A stretch of 64,000 nt of DNA, taken from Leptogorgia sarmentosa. Its lineage: Eukaryota. The first letter of the stretch is position 1, and every line of letters begins with the position of its first letter. The DNA lies in NCBI GenBank assembly GCA_964658305.1, contig OZ210885.1:13392001-13456000 (forward strand), in the 5' to 3' direction. Shown one piece after another: positions 51,323 to 63,249 of this stretch. The position numbers and the translations under genes are program-made. The notes beneath the pieces are model-generated. The model was not told where the DNA came from. It made no database searches and saw nothing but the letters and a program-made list of their open reading frames with translations.

Positions 51323-54300
51323 TTATTCATTTTCCAATCGAGCATCAAGGATCATTTCAAGTGCTTCACATGCATTCATGAAAAGATGTTTACCATGTTC
51401 GTTATCTTGATCTAACGGATTTACTAATAATACTAATATGGTCATCTCCTCATCTGTGAGAATGACAGTTGATTCAGGTATCTCTACATGATTGACTGTT
51501 CGAATTCCAGGCATTGGACCATCGTCATCAATACCATAGGAATTCACATCCAGGGTTTCTGGGTTTACGACATCTCTCACTGTTTCATAACTGGAGTTGG
51601 CAAATTCATAAAAGCCTTGCACCCATACTTGATACGGACTCCTATTTCTTTCAGTTGAAAGAGGATGGTTGTTCCATTGTGTGGCAAATAGTGTGAGTGC
51701 CCTGTTAATCCGAGGTTTAAAAACATAATGAAGGGCAAATAGCTGGACTTCATCCAATGGATCCAGTAAATCTTGGGATTCCAGATAAAAGAAGAGATTG
51801 CGGAAATAATTGATGACATACGCGTTGACATCTTTCCACAATCGTTCAATTCTCTGATTATGAACAGAAAGGCCAGTTAAAACTGGTTTTGAACCAGGTC
51901 CAAAATGCTGTAGCATCCACCTGGCAACATCAACATTTTCAGTCCCATGATCACTCCGGATTCGACGTGGGCATTTGTATGTAGACATGCTGTTCAGAAA
52001 TAGTTCAAACACTGTTTGGCTTCTGTTGTTACAAGCACAGGCAAGATAAACAACGGCTCTTGAAAATCCGTCAATTCCTCCATGAACAACAAACCTCCAG
52101 TGGATCATTTTGTGATTACCGTCTATGTGCCTAGAATTTAAAAAAATATTGTTCATATTACAACCAAATCATGGTTGTAATATAATACACCCCCCTTTAG
52201 AAATCCTTCATTTACCCTGACAACATGCATAGTTGATAAGGCCTGTTCACACGAGCGATTTCACTGTGATTTCTAGTGCAATTTTTTCCTTTCAATGGAT
52301 TTGAATGAGTAAACCAGTCACGAATGTTCAGGCGAGGAAGCATGCACGTCAGATGAAGTTAAAGGAATTGTATAAACACATAAAAATTCATACCATAATG
52401 CATTAGGTGTTCGAACACTGTATATTCTCCTATGGATGGCAGTTCTTCGACGTAATTCCCTGCTAATAGGATCTATTCTTCCAATAGATTGTCGAACTCT
52501 CTCTCTTTGTACTTTGACACCATACCCATTTAATGCTCCTATGACCATTCTTTCGCCTGAGTTTGGAGAATAGTGCAAGATGCGCTGGACAAATACGTTA
52601 TACCGAAGTTGTCCCCGATATACAACCCTCACGATATATTTGAAAAATAAACAAAAATACAAAATTCACTCCTTTCTCTGTTACGTTCACGCTTACACAC
52701 TTCTACTTTTCTGTCACCCCTATTTTTAGAAGTTTTAATTACGTAATTGTTTTGAGACAGCATTACGTCATTGTCCTACGTTTGTCTCACACTCCCCTAA
52801 CAAATTTTAACGAATTATAAATTTTTACACCAACTAATATTAATGTTTCTTAGTCATCCTTCAATAGTTCTTTCATATTTTCCTTAGCGATTCTTGCCGC
52901 TTTTCGTTCAGGTCTTTTCATCAATTCCTCACTATCACCTTCCTTTGTACTTGCGTTGTGATTTCCATCATGATCTTCTATTACCACGCTTCTAATTTCC
53001 AGTGGACATACCAGTTGAATTGGGCGTTCCAAGTAGTTACCCTTATGAAGAATAATCACCCCTCTAACGACACCGTCCTTTCCTTTCACATGCTTAACCA
53101 CTTTTCCTTTCATCCACCGACCTTTGTTCTTTTCCTCCCCAACTATCAATACAATCTCGCCTATTTCTGGTACTGGTGATGTATTCTTATTCATTCGATG
53201 ATATTCCATTAGCCCGTGAATATACTCATTTTGCCATCTTGACCATGTATGTTGTCTCGCCAGGGCAAGGCGCTTGTGCAATCTGCTCACTTCGTCAATT
53301 TCCATTTCGTCTAACTCTCCCAACGCATAGGAGTCTTGTCCCCAGAGAATTGTATTAGGAGTTAGGATTTGCTCTTCTTCTTGACCGCTTTCTACGTATG
53401 TAAGTGGACGATTATTTAAATGCCGATCGATATCCATTATCACTGTCTCCAATTGGTCATAGAACAGATGTGTCTTTCCCAATGTCTTGTAAAGTGTTGT
53501 TTTAATTTCTTTAATCAACCGCTCATAGAGTCCTCCCCACCATGGGGACTTCGCTAAATTGAATGTCCAATTTATATCCTGATTAGCCAAGTAATCGTGT
53601 AGCCGCTCACTTTTTCTGATTAGTTTTATCCATTTCGCAGTCGCAATGAACGTAGTAGCATTATCTGATATGATACGTCTTGGTCTCGTTTTCCTTGTAA
53701 TAAATGAGTTCAACTTCGCTTGAAACTCTTCTGCAGTTTGCGATTTAGCCAGTTCCAAATGAACCGCTCGCGATGTCGCACACGTGAAAATAATTATGTA
53801 ACATTTTGCCTCTTCTTTCTTCGTTGCTTTGTAAATGAGTGGACCGGCAAAATCCACCCCCGTGGTTTCAAACGGTCGCCCGGGAGTTGTGCGGAATTCT
53901 GGTAGCTGAGCCGTTGCTGTAGCCGTGAACGGTTTTGCCGAGAAAACTTTACAAACGTTACAGCTTCGAATCACCTTCTTAACTTTTGCTCTTAATTGTG
54001 GTATCCACCAGTGTTCTCTTATCAAAGCCATCGTGCTTGCCACTCCTAAATGCATCGTTTCTTCATGTGAATGTCGAATCAGTTTCTCCACGAACTTTCC
54101 TCGATTTAGATAAACTGGTCGATATCTGGAAATTCTTCCTTCGCACCTCAAAATGTCCGTGTTCTCATCTCGCACGAATTTCCATCCTGGACTCTCCAAC
54201 TTTTTGGGAGCTTCATCTTGAACTCGCTTTACCCATTTATTCCTAGCGTTCTCGATTTCCTTCGTCTGAAGTGGTCCTTTCTTTCGCATCAACTTTTGTC

Positions 54301-57300
54301 CCTTGGCTAGACAGTTGTACTTAAATCTGGAACACCAGGCCGTAACTCGCAATGTTCTCCAGTACGAGCTTCTTTCTAATAACAAATCCCATTCATCTGC
54401 TTCTTTGTGTACCACCTGAAACACTACTTCTTTCAAGGGTTTACTTTCCACGTTTACGTCTTTGGTGCTGTTGAGCTTTGGTTGTTCCGGCTGTTTCTCT
54501 TCGTCTATCAGCCAGTCTGGACCGTGAAACCATCCATTACAATCCATTCGATTGATGCTTGCTCCTCTACTACCCAGATCAGCTACATTTTCTTTCGACG
54601 GGCAATATTTCCAGTTGATATTCAGATCACTCGTTATGGCTGCCATTTTCTTCACTCGGTTGGCCACAAATGTCTTCCATGGTTTGGCTGGATTCAATAT
54701 CCAAAACAATGCTACGATGCTGTCCATCCACACAGTCACCGAAACGATGGGTAGCTGTTTCAATGCTTGACACACATTCTTCGCCATGTTTGCAGCCATT
54801 TGTCCACTAATTAGCTCTAATCTTGGGATCGACGTGTTTCTCTTGGAAATTCTTGCTTTAGCTGTCAACAGGCCTCTCACAGTACCCGTAGAATGATCAA
54901 CCACCGCTATAGTTGCACATGAACACGCTATAGCGCTTGCGTCAGCGAAAATGTGGAGATGGATCTCTTTGATTTTTCGAACCCCTTTCGTTATGCTTCT
55001 TGGAATTTTTACATTTCGTAATTGTTTCGTCTATTTTAACCAATCGTGTCTCAAAGGTGGCGATACTTCGGCGTCCCAACTCTTCGTTTCATCACACGCT
55101 TCACGATAAATTCTCTTTCCCTCTGCCATCGTTGGTGAAACTATGCCCAGCGGATCGTAAACTTTTCCAAGGTGGCTTACAATTGATTTCTTCGTAACTT
55201 TAGTTTCTTGTGTATATTCAGGCACCGAGATATACATTACGTCCTCTTTCTTATCCCATGTAAGGCCAAGAATCTTAGATGGATTGGGCATGTTTTCGCT
55301 CTCTAACCCTTCAACGTTGGATTCCCACTTATGTAAGGGTAGTTTGGCACTTTCCAAGATCTCTGTGGCCTCCAACTTGAACCTCTCTAGTTCGGATACG
55401 TCACTACCAGTTTGCATAATATTGTCAACGTATGTGTTATTTTTCAACGCGTTTACCGTTTCTTCGACTTTTGTTGGTTGAAGGTCTAAATGATGCTGAA
55501 CTGTCGCCCCTAGCATAAATGGACTTGACTCAACTCCAAATGGTATTCTTGTAAATCTAAAATGTTCCTCGATTCCATTGACATTAAACAGAAATCTAAA
55601 CGCGTCTCTGTCTTCTTCTTTCAATCCGATTTGTAAGAAAGCCTTCTGTATGTCCGCGAGAATCAGTTGCGGAGCCATTCGCGCTCGTATTAAGATATCC
55701 CAGAGTAATGGTTGGAGTGGTGGGCCCGTGAACATGCAATCATTCACGCTGTTGGAAGTTGGGTTCGGCTTCGCGCTGGCATCGAACACCATCCTTACTT
55801 TTGTACTTGTTGCTTCTTCTCTTACCACGGGCTTGTGGGGCATATAGTACACTCTTTCTCCAGTCGGTTTTTCAGGTGCAGCTTCTATTATACCCGACTC
55901 TAGCTGCTTCTCGATAATCTCTTCGTAATCCTGCCTTAACTTTTCCTCCCGATTAATCTTCTTGTATACGTTAACCAATCGCTTTCGACTTGACTCTAGA
56001 TTGTTGCTTGGTAAGTATTGCCCTGGAATCCACGGCACTTTAACTTCATATCTACCATCATCCGTGCGAATAATGTTCTCTTTAAACTCCTTACAAACAT
56101 CCAATTGATCATTTTCCCCTCTGTCTTCGACTCCCAGTACATCTAGTGTGTACAATTTCTCGTAGTCGCTCGATTCTCTCGTAAACATACATACATCGGT
56201 CGCAATATCTCCACCATGAATAAGCCAACCAAACGAAGTACCTTCCACGATGGGCTCTCCGGCGTTCCCTTTGTAAATCTCTTCCGTCTTTATCTTGCAG
56301 AATGTGCTGTCGCCCAAGATCATATGTATAGGATACTCCCCATTCGTTGTCATGTAAAACCTCTTATCCTTTGTATGTTCGTAATTCCACTTGAGTTTAT
56401 TCATATCCGGTCTTTTGACAGTAGTGAAATCTTGCATTGTTGATCCAGCTATTTCTATGTCCTCTCTGGCTGTACCATCTAGCGACTCAATTGTGAGACT
56501 GTAAATAGGCATAACCTGCTGTTTGGTTCCGTTGACTGTTACGATCTCTTTTGCTTCCTGTCTTGCTGGTGATATTTGAAGTTTCTTGGTTGCATTCTTG
56601 GAAATGAAATTCTTTCCCGATCCAGTGTCCAGGAAGGCCCAAAAAACTTCACCTTGAACTTTAACTGGTATTATGGATGGTAAGGTAACTTCTTCTTTTG
56701 CAGTTGAATAACCGGTGAGTAATGTATTACTGCCTTTCGTGTTTTTCGGATCATGCAGACTAGTATGGTGTTTCTCCCCACAATGATAGCATCCTCGGCT
56801 TCGACATTGCCTGGCCCTGTGTCCTGGGCATCCGCAATTAAAACACAACTTGTTTTCACTGAAATACGTCTTCCTTTGGGCTGTAGTGACACAGGACTTA
56901 CACGTATCACTCCAGTGTTCAGATTTACAGAATATGCAACAAGGAGACCTTTTACCTTTATTGTTGTCGGTATCTCCTCTGGTAAACAAACTACTTTCTT
57001 TCCTTCTCCTTGGGTCTGCTGTCTGCTTGGAATTACTAGTACTGTCCTCGATTTTATTTCTTCTTAACCACTTTTGTAGACTTTCGATTAGCTCGGATAT
57101 TTTCCACTCTTCCCACTCTTCGTCGACCCTTACCAAGTCCGGCTTTATATGGGGCAACTTATTAATAGTACACATCATGAACCCGTCTAATTTTTCATGC
57201 TCACCAAGAGTTTGCAAAGCATCATAATTCTTGCTCAAACTTTCGTAAAAACCCAAAATCTTCTCATAGGATGATCCTTTCACTGTTGGTAAGTTCACCA

Positions 57301-58900
57301 CCTCGTCAATGTGAGCGTTTACAACCAATTTCGTCTGACCATATTCCCTTTTGAGACGTCCCCATGCAGTAGTGTAACCAGTTGAACTCGGCTTAAGATT
57401 CGAGATTTTTTCCCTCACTTTCCCATTGACCATTTCCAGTAAGTAACCGAACTTTTCTTCATCGCTTATAGGCTTAGCATCAACTTGCGTAGCAAACATG
57501 TTTTCAAAACGCACCCAATCTGCTACTGTCCCATTGAATGGCGATATTTTCAACTTGGGAAGTTTGGCCTGAGTTGCTCTCGCGGCCTTTTCCATTTCCA
57601 GCTTTTTCTCTGCAAGTTTAAGCTCTGCTTGCAGCTTCTCTTCCAGGATTTCTCTCTCTTGCTGTCGAATTATTTCTCTATCGCGCACTTCTTCAATACG
57701 TTTCGCTTCTCGTCTCCTGTTCTCTTCTTCAGCCGTTATTATCGCTTGTCTTTTAGCCAAGAAGTCCGATAATTTATTCATCTCGTTGACCCAAGGCAAG
57801 TATTTGTCTCTCACGTCTTTCTTCCATTGTCGAATCGCTCGCGCTGTATCTTTCCCTTGTTCAACCTTCATCTCCTGGGCTATCGAGACGAGATTGTAAA
57901 TTTCATCTAAAATCGCCTTTGTTCGCTTGTTTACCGTTTCAATTTCCCTCACATCGCCATCCTCGATCAGTTCCTCTGTTTGTTCTAAGTAATATTGCAG
58001 TTTTTCGATCTCCTTGTCGATTTTACTTTCGACTTTCTGCTCGTTGGTATTAACACCCGCTTGTACGGTTTGTTGATCTTGTTCTAATTCCGTGTCGCTC
58101 ATTTTAATAATTTCGCACTGTTGTCATTAAATTAGTTCGATTTTCGCATTAAATATCCCTTGTTTATATCCTGGTCACGGCACCACTATATACCGAAGTT
58201 GTCCCCGATATACAACCCTCACGATATATTTGAAAAATAAACAAAAATACAAAATTCACTCCTTTCTCTGTTACGTTCACGCTTACACACTTCTACTTTT
58301 CTGTCACCCCTATTTTTAGAAGTTTTAATTACGTAATTGTTTTGAGACAGCATTACGTCATTGTCCTACGTTTGTCTCAACGTCGAGTTCACCATCATTT
58401 ATTTCACTATAGTTTAATGTCTGACCTACAGTCATTCCAAGTTCACTTCGTCGTCTACGCACTGTTCTCTCCGAAACACCAAGCATGAGAGCTATGTTTT
58501 GCCAGGAAAAATGCAGTGAACGTAAACCTTCAAGCTGCTGCTTTGGGATGAGAAAACGTGGTCGACCTGCACGTCCTCTAACGTTCTCTTCGATCGGGCA
58601 AACATAGTTACAATCGTCATTATCATTGAAGAAATTAAATCGCTCAACAAGTCTCGAGATACGTTCTTGAAACTCCGCAATAACTTCTTGAAAAAGAGGG
58701 AGAACGTCCTCTGGCCACGGCATAGCGTGGTAGAGCAATGATAAACCGCAAACAAATTCCTCACATCTAATTATTACTAACTCAGCAACAGCAACATCGT
58801 CAGTAAATGAATTACGCACCAGTTCATCATAAAGATTAAAACCCTGTCTCAAATAATCGATGACTTCTCTTGCAACTAAAAGTGGTTGTCTTTCCGCCAT
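51323..58900 (-). CDS. DDE (integrase-core, IS3-like) transposase, about 509 aa when reconstructed; interrupted by an LTR retrotransposon
   Basis: Segments 58900-58380 and 52594-52394 (exon 1, split by the insertion) plus 52130-51323 (exon 2) join in frame (1530 nt). [23 protein letters not shown]. Triad: [21 protein letters not shown]. Confidence 0.88.
52599..52789 (-). repeat. 3' LTR
   Basis: Identical to 58189-58379; preceded on the minus strand by a polypurine tract (about 52790-52799). Confidence 0.95.
52850..58102 (-). CDS. Bel/Pao Gag-Pol polyprotein with one in-frame TAG at 55031-55033
   Basis: Three Zn knuckles (CIFC..H..C, CFNC..H..C, CYHC..HH..LH), protease [20 protein letters not shown], RNase H HIFADAS, integrase HHCC + VDFAGP/SDNA/YERL. 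ORFs 55031-58102 and 52850-54904 share a frame. Confidence 0.92.
58168..58185 (-). promoter_or_regulatory. Primer binding site complementary to the tRNA-His 3' end
   Basis: The + strand reads ATCCTGGTCACGGCACCA, matching the eukaryotic tRNA-His 3' end (…TCACGGCA-CCA); 3 nt from the 5' LTR. Confidence 0.8.
58189..58379 (-). repeat. 5' LTR
   Basis: TGAGAC...CGGTATA, followed by the PBS. Confidence 0.95.
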
Positions 58901-58923
58901 GTTTCTATTAGTGGTTTTCCATG

Positions 58924-59290
58924 TCTCTCGCTAAAAATATCGTTTGGCGCGACATTTACTTCGATTGCGTCGCTCTTTCTCCGCCAAAAATGTCGTTTTA
59001 TTTTAGTCAAATGTCGTTTTATTTTAGTCAAATGTTGTTTTATATATTTGACAAATTTCGTTTTATATATATTTGGGAATTATATTATGTTTCGTTTTGA
59101 GTATATCATATATAAATGTCGTTTCATATATGATTGTTTCATTTCATATATTTCTGTTTCGTTGTACGTATATCTGTTATGTTTTTTATATTATAATTTC
59201 GGTTTATAAAAATACATTTGAGATTATATATTTGAATTATATATTATATTTATGCACATAAAGTAATATTGTCCATCTTGGCACGCCATA
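58924..59290 (-). repeat. Right TIR (367 bp)
   Basis: Reverse complement of the left TIR. Confidence 0.92.
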
Positions 59291-60994
59291 GATGGCTGAT
59301 GATATCTTTTTGTTGTAAACTCAAACGATTGTTCATTTCTAATATATAGAAGTTTACCATCCATTAATTAATAGTATTTAAATATGACAAGTTTCGGCGT
59401 CAAATGCACACAATATTTTTGTCCTACTGACCTCCAAGCCGCTGACCGTGCATCCGCCCGGCCTTCAAAGAGGAAATCCAACATCTCCGGCCTCACTGCA
59501 TCCTTCAACTGCCTGAAAGAATTCGTTGTTCTACATTTCCGTGATCTTTTTGGATGGTGGTTAGTCCTTCGTATCATTGTTCACCAGAATGAATGCAGTC
59601 GTGGTGAGGAGTGCGGGTGCGAAATAGCCAATGGAACTGCCAACCAAAATTGCCTTGTTTCGGAAAAATGTTAGGACGTCTCTTGGAAAAAGGCTTGAAT
59701 AGGAATAGTGTTTTCTCGAAACGCGCCTTTCAAGGGATGTCCAAGTACTTTCGTGCTGTCGAGCGACATTTGTCAAAGGATTAAAATAAAAAACACAATC
59801 GTATTGTCCGATATTTAATACGAGTAAATTGTAATGAACTGAAACAATATATACAAATGAAAACAACCTAAGTTCAAAAATAATTTCAACACTAAGTCTA
59901 AATGTGACCTTCCATGGGATTTCATACGTTAACGATTTTTCGTTGAAACGGCAAAACAAACGGTAAACGAACGGATAGCAAACGCTTTGTGTAAACGTTT
60001 CAACGATCTTTCAAAACGTTCGAACGATATCGGCAAAAAAATTTAACGGAAAATCCGAAAAATTAACGGTTTGAAAAACGTTTTCGTGAAGCCATTCAAA
60101 CGGTATACTTTGAAACGTTTATCGACACAGTCATTCAGTCAAACGCTTTTGTGAGCAAGCTTTAAAACTTAAGAATTGCAATTGGCAACAACATTGCCAC
60201 AAAATTTAGCTATATAACTCAGTAGTACTATACCGCCTATATGGCGCCGGAAGTAAATAGTATGCAGAAGTGTGTCCAAGATAGCGCCGGAAGTAAATAG
60301 TATGCAGTGCGCGCCGGAAGTAAATAGTATGCATTAGGAATATAGCGGAAAAAGTAATTAATATGCGCGCCAGTGGTAATTAATATACGGGAGCGAGTAA
60401 TTAGTATCGGTGTATTATTAACATTTTCAAAAAATATTTACAGTTAAATGGAGTGCCAGAGGCATCAAGCCATCCACAGAGTGTAATTTCACCGCACTCA
60501 ATGCAAAAATTGAAAGTTAATCGATTGAATATTTCTTTTACAATGTCTACGGATTTTTTGTGCACATGTGTCCCGCAGCAGTTGGTTAATTGCGGCTCTT
60601 CGTCTTCGTTTTCAAACACAACCAGCATATTCCGTACGTGCTCGCTGTTCGTTCGTGCATCGTTTGGCCTTGATTTTGGCAGCAGTACTCTAACTACTCT
60701 TCGTGTTCGTGCCTGTTTGCGGGGCCCTCTAGGGGGTAACGCTAAGGGGAAGCGATTAAATGGTGCTGAGGAAGCGGCCGACACCATGTTGTTGATTGTG
60801 CCACGTATTAGCCGCTCCCTCAGCTTTTTTTCCAACTTTCCATGTTTATTTATTGCTGTTTCAATTTCGACATCACTGTAACATATGTAATGAGGTTTTT
60901 CCGTCATTCCTGAAATCGAAGAAAAATCAGTGTTATCGTCAATCATTCAATATCAATGTTATAAACACCAAAGCTTCTGAAGCATACAGTCATC

Positions 60995-61370
60995 AGTATG
61001 GTTGGCGTCTTTCTAACTATGCAAATCATGTTGTAGTTAAAAGTTTCTCTGGTGCTACTGTTAATGACACGGAAGATTATTTAAAGCCGGTTCTTCGTAA
61101 AGAGCCAAATAAAATCATTTTGCATGCAGCAACAAAACAGAGTAGCTGAAGGTATTGCAAACCTAGGCACCCAAATTAAAGAAGAATCCCCAACAACCAG
61201 CATTGTGATCTCAAGTATATTACCAAGATCAGATAATGCAGATTTATCAACAAAAGCATTAGAAGTAAATAGACTTACTAAATCAATTTGCTCCAAAAAC
61301 AAATTATTTATATTGAACATAAAACGGTGAACAAATCATGCCTTAATTCACGTGTCTTGCATTTAAATAG
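60995..61370 (+). mobile_element. Decayed SGNH-esterase domain typical of CR1/L2 LINE ORF1
   Basis: VVVKSFSGATVNDTEDYLKPVLRKEPNKIILH, then after a frameshift IVISSILPRSD...EVNR, and a CLHLN remnant. Confidence 0.65.
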
Positions 61371-61545
61371 TTGACCTGCATCTAAGGACGAAAGCGGACT
61401 TATAACCTATTAATTAATATTATTATCGAGACGAAAGCATAAGGAAAATTGCTGATTCTTATTGGTTGCCGCTTCTGAATTTCCATGCTTGAATCAAATT
61501 GTTGGTTGCTATTGGTTGTGACGAAACGGGACGAATTCTGGCCAT

Positions 61546-61688
61546 GGCCTATACTTTATACGTCGCTGTTATGACAAACTTTATAGCGTCAAAGAATGGT
61601 AATTGAGATGTAATACTCTTATTATCCTTGTTTGAATTGCATTTTACACGACGCAAGTTTGACATAACAGCGACGTATAAACTAGGCC
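61546..61688. mobile_element. Small MITE (Harbinger-like GGCC ends)
   Basis: GGCCTATACTTTATACGTCGCTGTTATGACAAACTT...AAGTTTGACATAACAGCGACGTATAAACTAGGCC. Confidence 0.65.
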
Positions 61689-62734
61689 TAAACCATGCGT
61701 ATGATAGCTGCGTTCATATGTCTGCATGTTGGGTATTTCGTGAAGCGGAACTTTCAATCGATCGATTGTACCATAGCTTACCATATAGTTATACCGACTA
61801 ACAATATTCGAAAAAGGTCGTAGACATCGTTGTAGTTACGTTTCAGATAATTTCCAGAGTGAAGGAAATACTTTATTTCAGTGAAGAAAATTTTTCAAAA
61901 CAGAAGTTCTCATATTCAAATTAGCCATAAATTATTGTGTTAGTTGGCAGACCGAATTAATGCATAAAAAAACACAATGACAAGATCATCAAAGTACTTA
62001 GGCTTCAAATATTTAGATTGAGTTATAGCTGAGAACGCCTTATAGTGATCATGGTGAACGAAATTGTTAATTTGAATGTTGTATTTGTTAATCATATCTT
62101 CCAAATTCTGTTTACAATCCTTACCCATATACATTAATATTATTTCCCGAGTTTATGTTCTGAATATCCGGCAAGAGATGTATTCAGCGAATTGGAAAAA
62201 TGCGAACATCTGTTCTGGAGTCCGACAGCCGAAAGTGTGCAACCCTTTAGAGAAATAGTCCAAGATGTTGGCGCTGTAATGTCTTTGTACACAAGGCAAA
62301 GCTAACCCAGAGTCCGGAATAGTACATTCAATGCAAATTGAATGAGATGAACTGCATAAATTTTTTTTGGGATCACTTCGCGGCTTGGTTACCAAGCACT
62401 GATCCAATTCTGAATCTAAACAGAAAATATTGTCTTTTCTTTTTCTTTTGTTTTTCTAATCCAGGCCCAAACAAAAAAATTCTGACCCTAACAACAAAAT
62501 GCTAAGAAAAAAGGCTTGAAAGAAAGCAAACAAAATGACAAAAAACCAACTCGCTGCTGGCGATTCGGGACCATATCCTCTGAGCTAACGAAGCTCGACA
62601 AAATTGCCGGTAAAAACCTTTTATATCAATTGATTTTGCAATACAATATATAAAGTACCCGCAGTTACGAAGCAAGTGATCCCCATTTGCCAATGATTGC
62701 CAACCGCATACGTTTGGTTATCATTTGGCTATGA

Positions 62735-62929
62735 ATGTATCCTGATATTGCAGTGTTAAGTGCATTGTTCATGGTGAATCCAACCACGACAGACAGAGCA
62801 GTCCGTTTTGTTCTACCAATGCTGTGGACTTACTCTAGAAACTTAGATTCCCCTGGCGGAGTAGCGGCAATTGATGGGACCAGACGCGAGATACAACGAC
62901 CTCAAACGGTACCACAGCAGCAGTTCTAT
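62735..62929 (+). pseudogene. PIF/Harbinger transposase fragment
   Basis: VAAIDGTRREIQRPQTVPQQQFY(S) matches the IDGT..I.RP...Q..FYS motif; cut by a hAT MITE. Confidence 0.7.
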
Positions 62930-63249
62930 CAGGGATTATTCTAAGGAAATTTTATCACTGCACAAAAGCACAAAAAAATATAAAAATCTGTGAATATAAA
63001 GTTGTGTTGGAAAATGTCTGACTGCCCAATTCAGAACATCAAACTGTTTCCTATTTTCCTATTTAGCTTTTTGCTAAAATATGTAAAGTTATGAAACTAT
63101 TGCTGTTGTATATGCTTAAAGTCATTCCCAAATTCTAATAAATGATGAATAACATATTTTATTCACTGCACAAAATGTATTTTATCACTGCACAATTCTC
63201 ATTTATCACTGCACAAATTGGTTATCACTGCACCTTAGAATAATCCCTG
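62930..63249. mobile_element. hAT-type MITE
   Basis: CAGGGATTATTCTAAGG...CCTTAGAATAATCCCTG; perfect 8-bp TSD AGTTCTAT; internal TTATCACTGCAC repeats. Confidence 0.9.

Larger units (their letters stand above)
52599..58379 (-). mobile_element. Bel/Pao LTR retrotransposon, full length (5781 bp)
   Basis: Identical 191-bp LTRs (58189-58379, 52599-52789); ACGT TSD (52595-52598, 58380-58383); PBS TGGTGCCGTGACCAGGAT; PPT AGGGGAG; gag-PR-RT-RH-IN domain order. Confidence 0.95.
46994..59290. mobile_element. IS3EU-like two-gene DNA transposon (DDE transposase + HECT E3 ligase) with nested LTR element
   Basis: TIRs 46994-47409 and 58924-59290 (TATGGCGTGCCAAGATGGAC...GTCCATCTTGGCACGCCATA); perfect 6-bp TSD GATGGC (46988-46993, 59291-59296); two convergent spliced genes inside. 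Confidence 0.9.

Noticed and set aside
51323..52130. Bacterial IS3/IS481 contamination or recent horizontal transfer
   Set aside because: The gene has a GT-AG intron, a eukaryote-type partner gene and a nested LTR retrotransposon.
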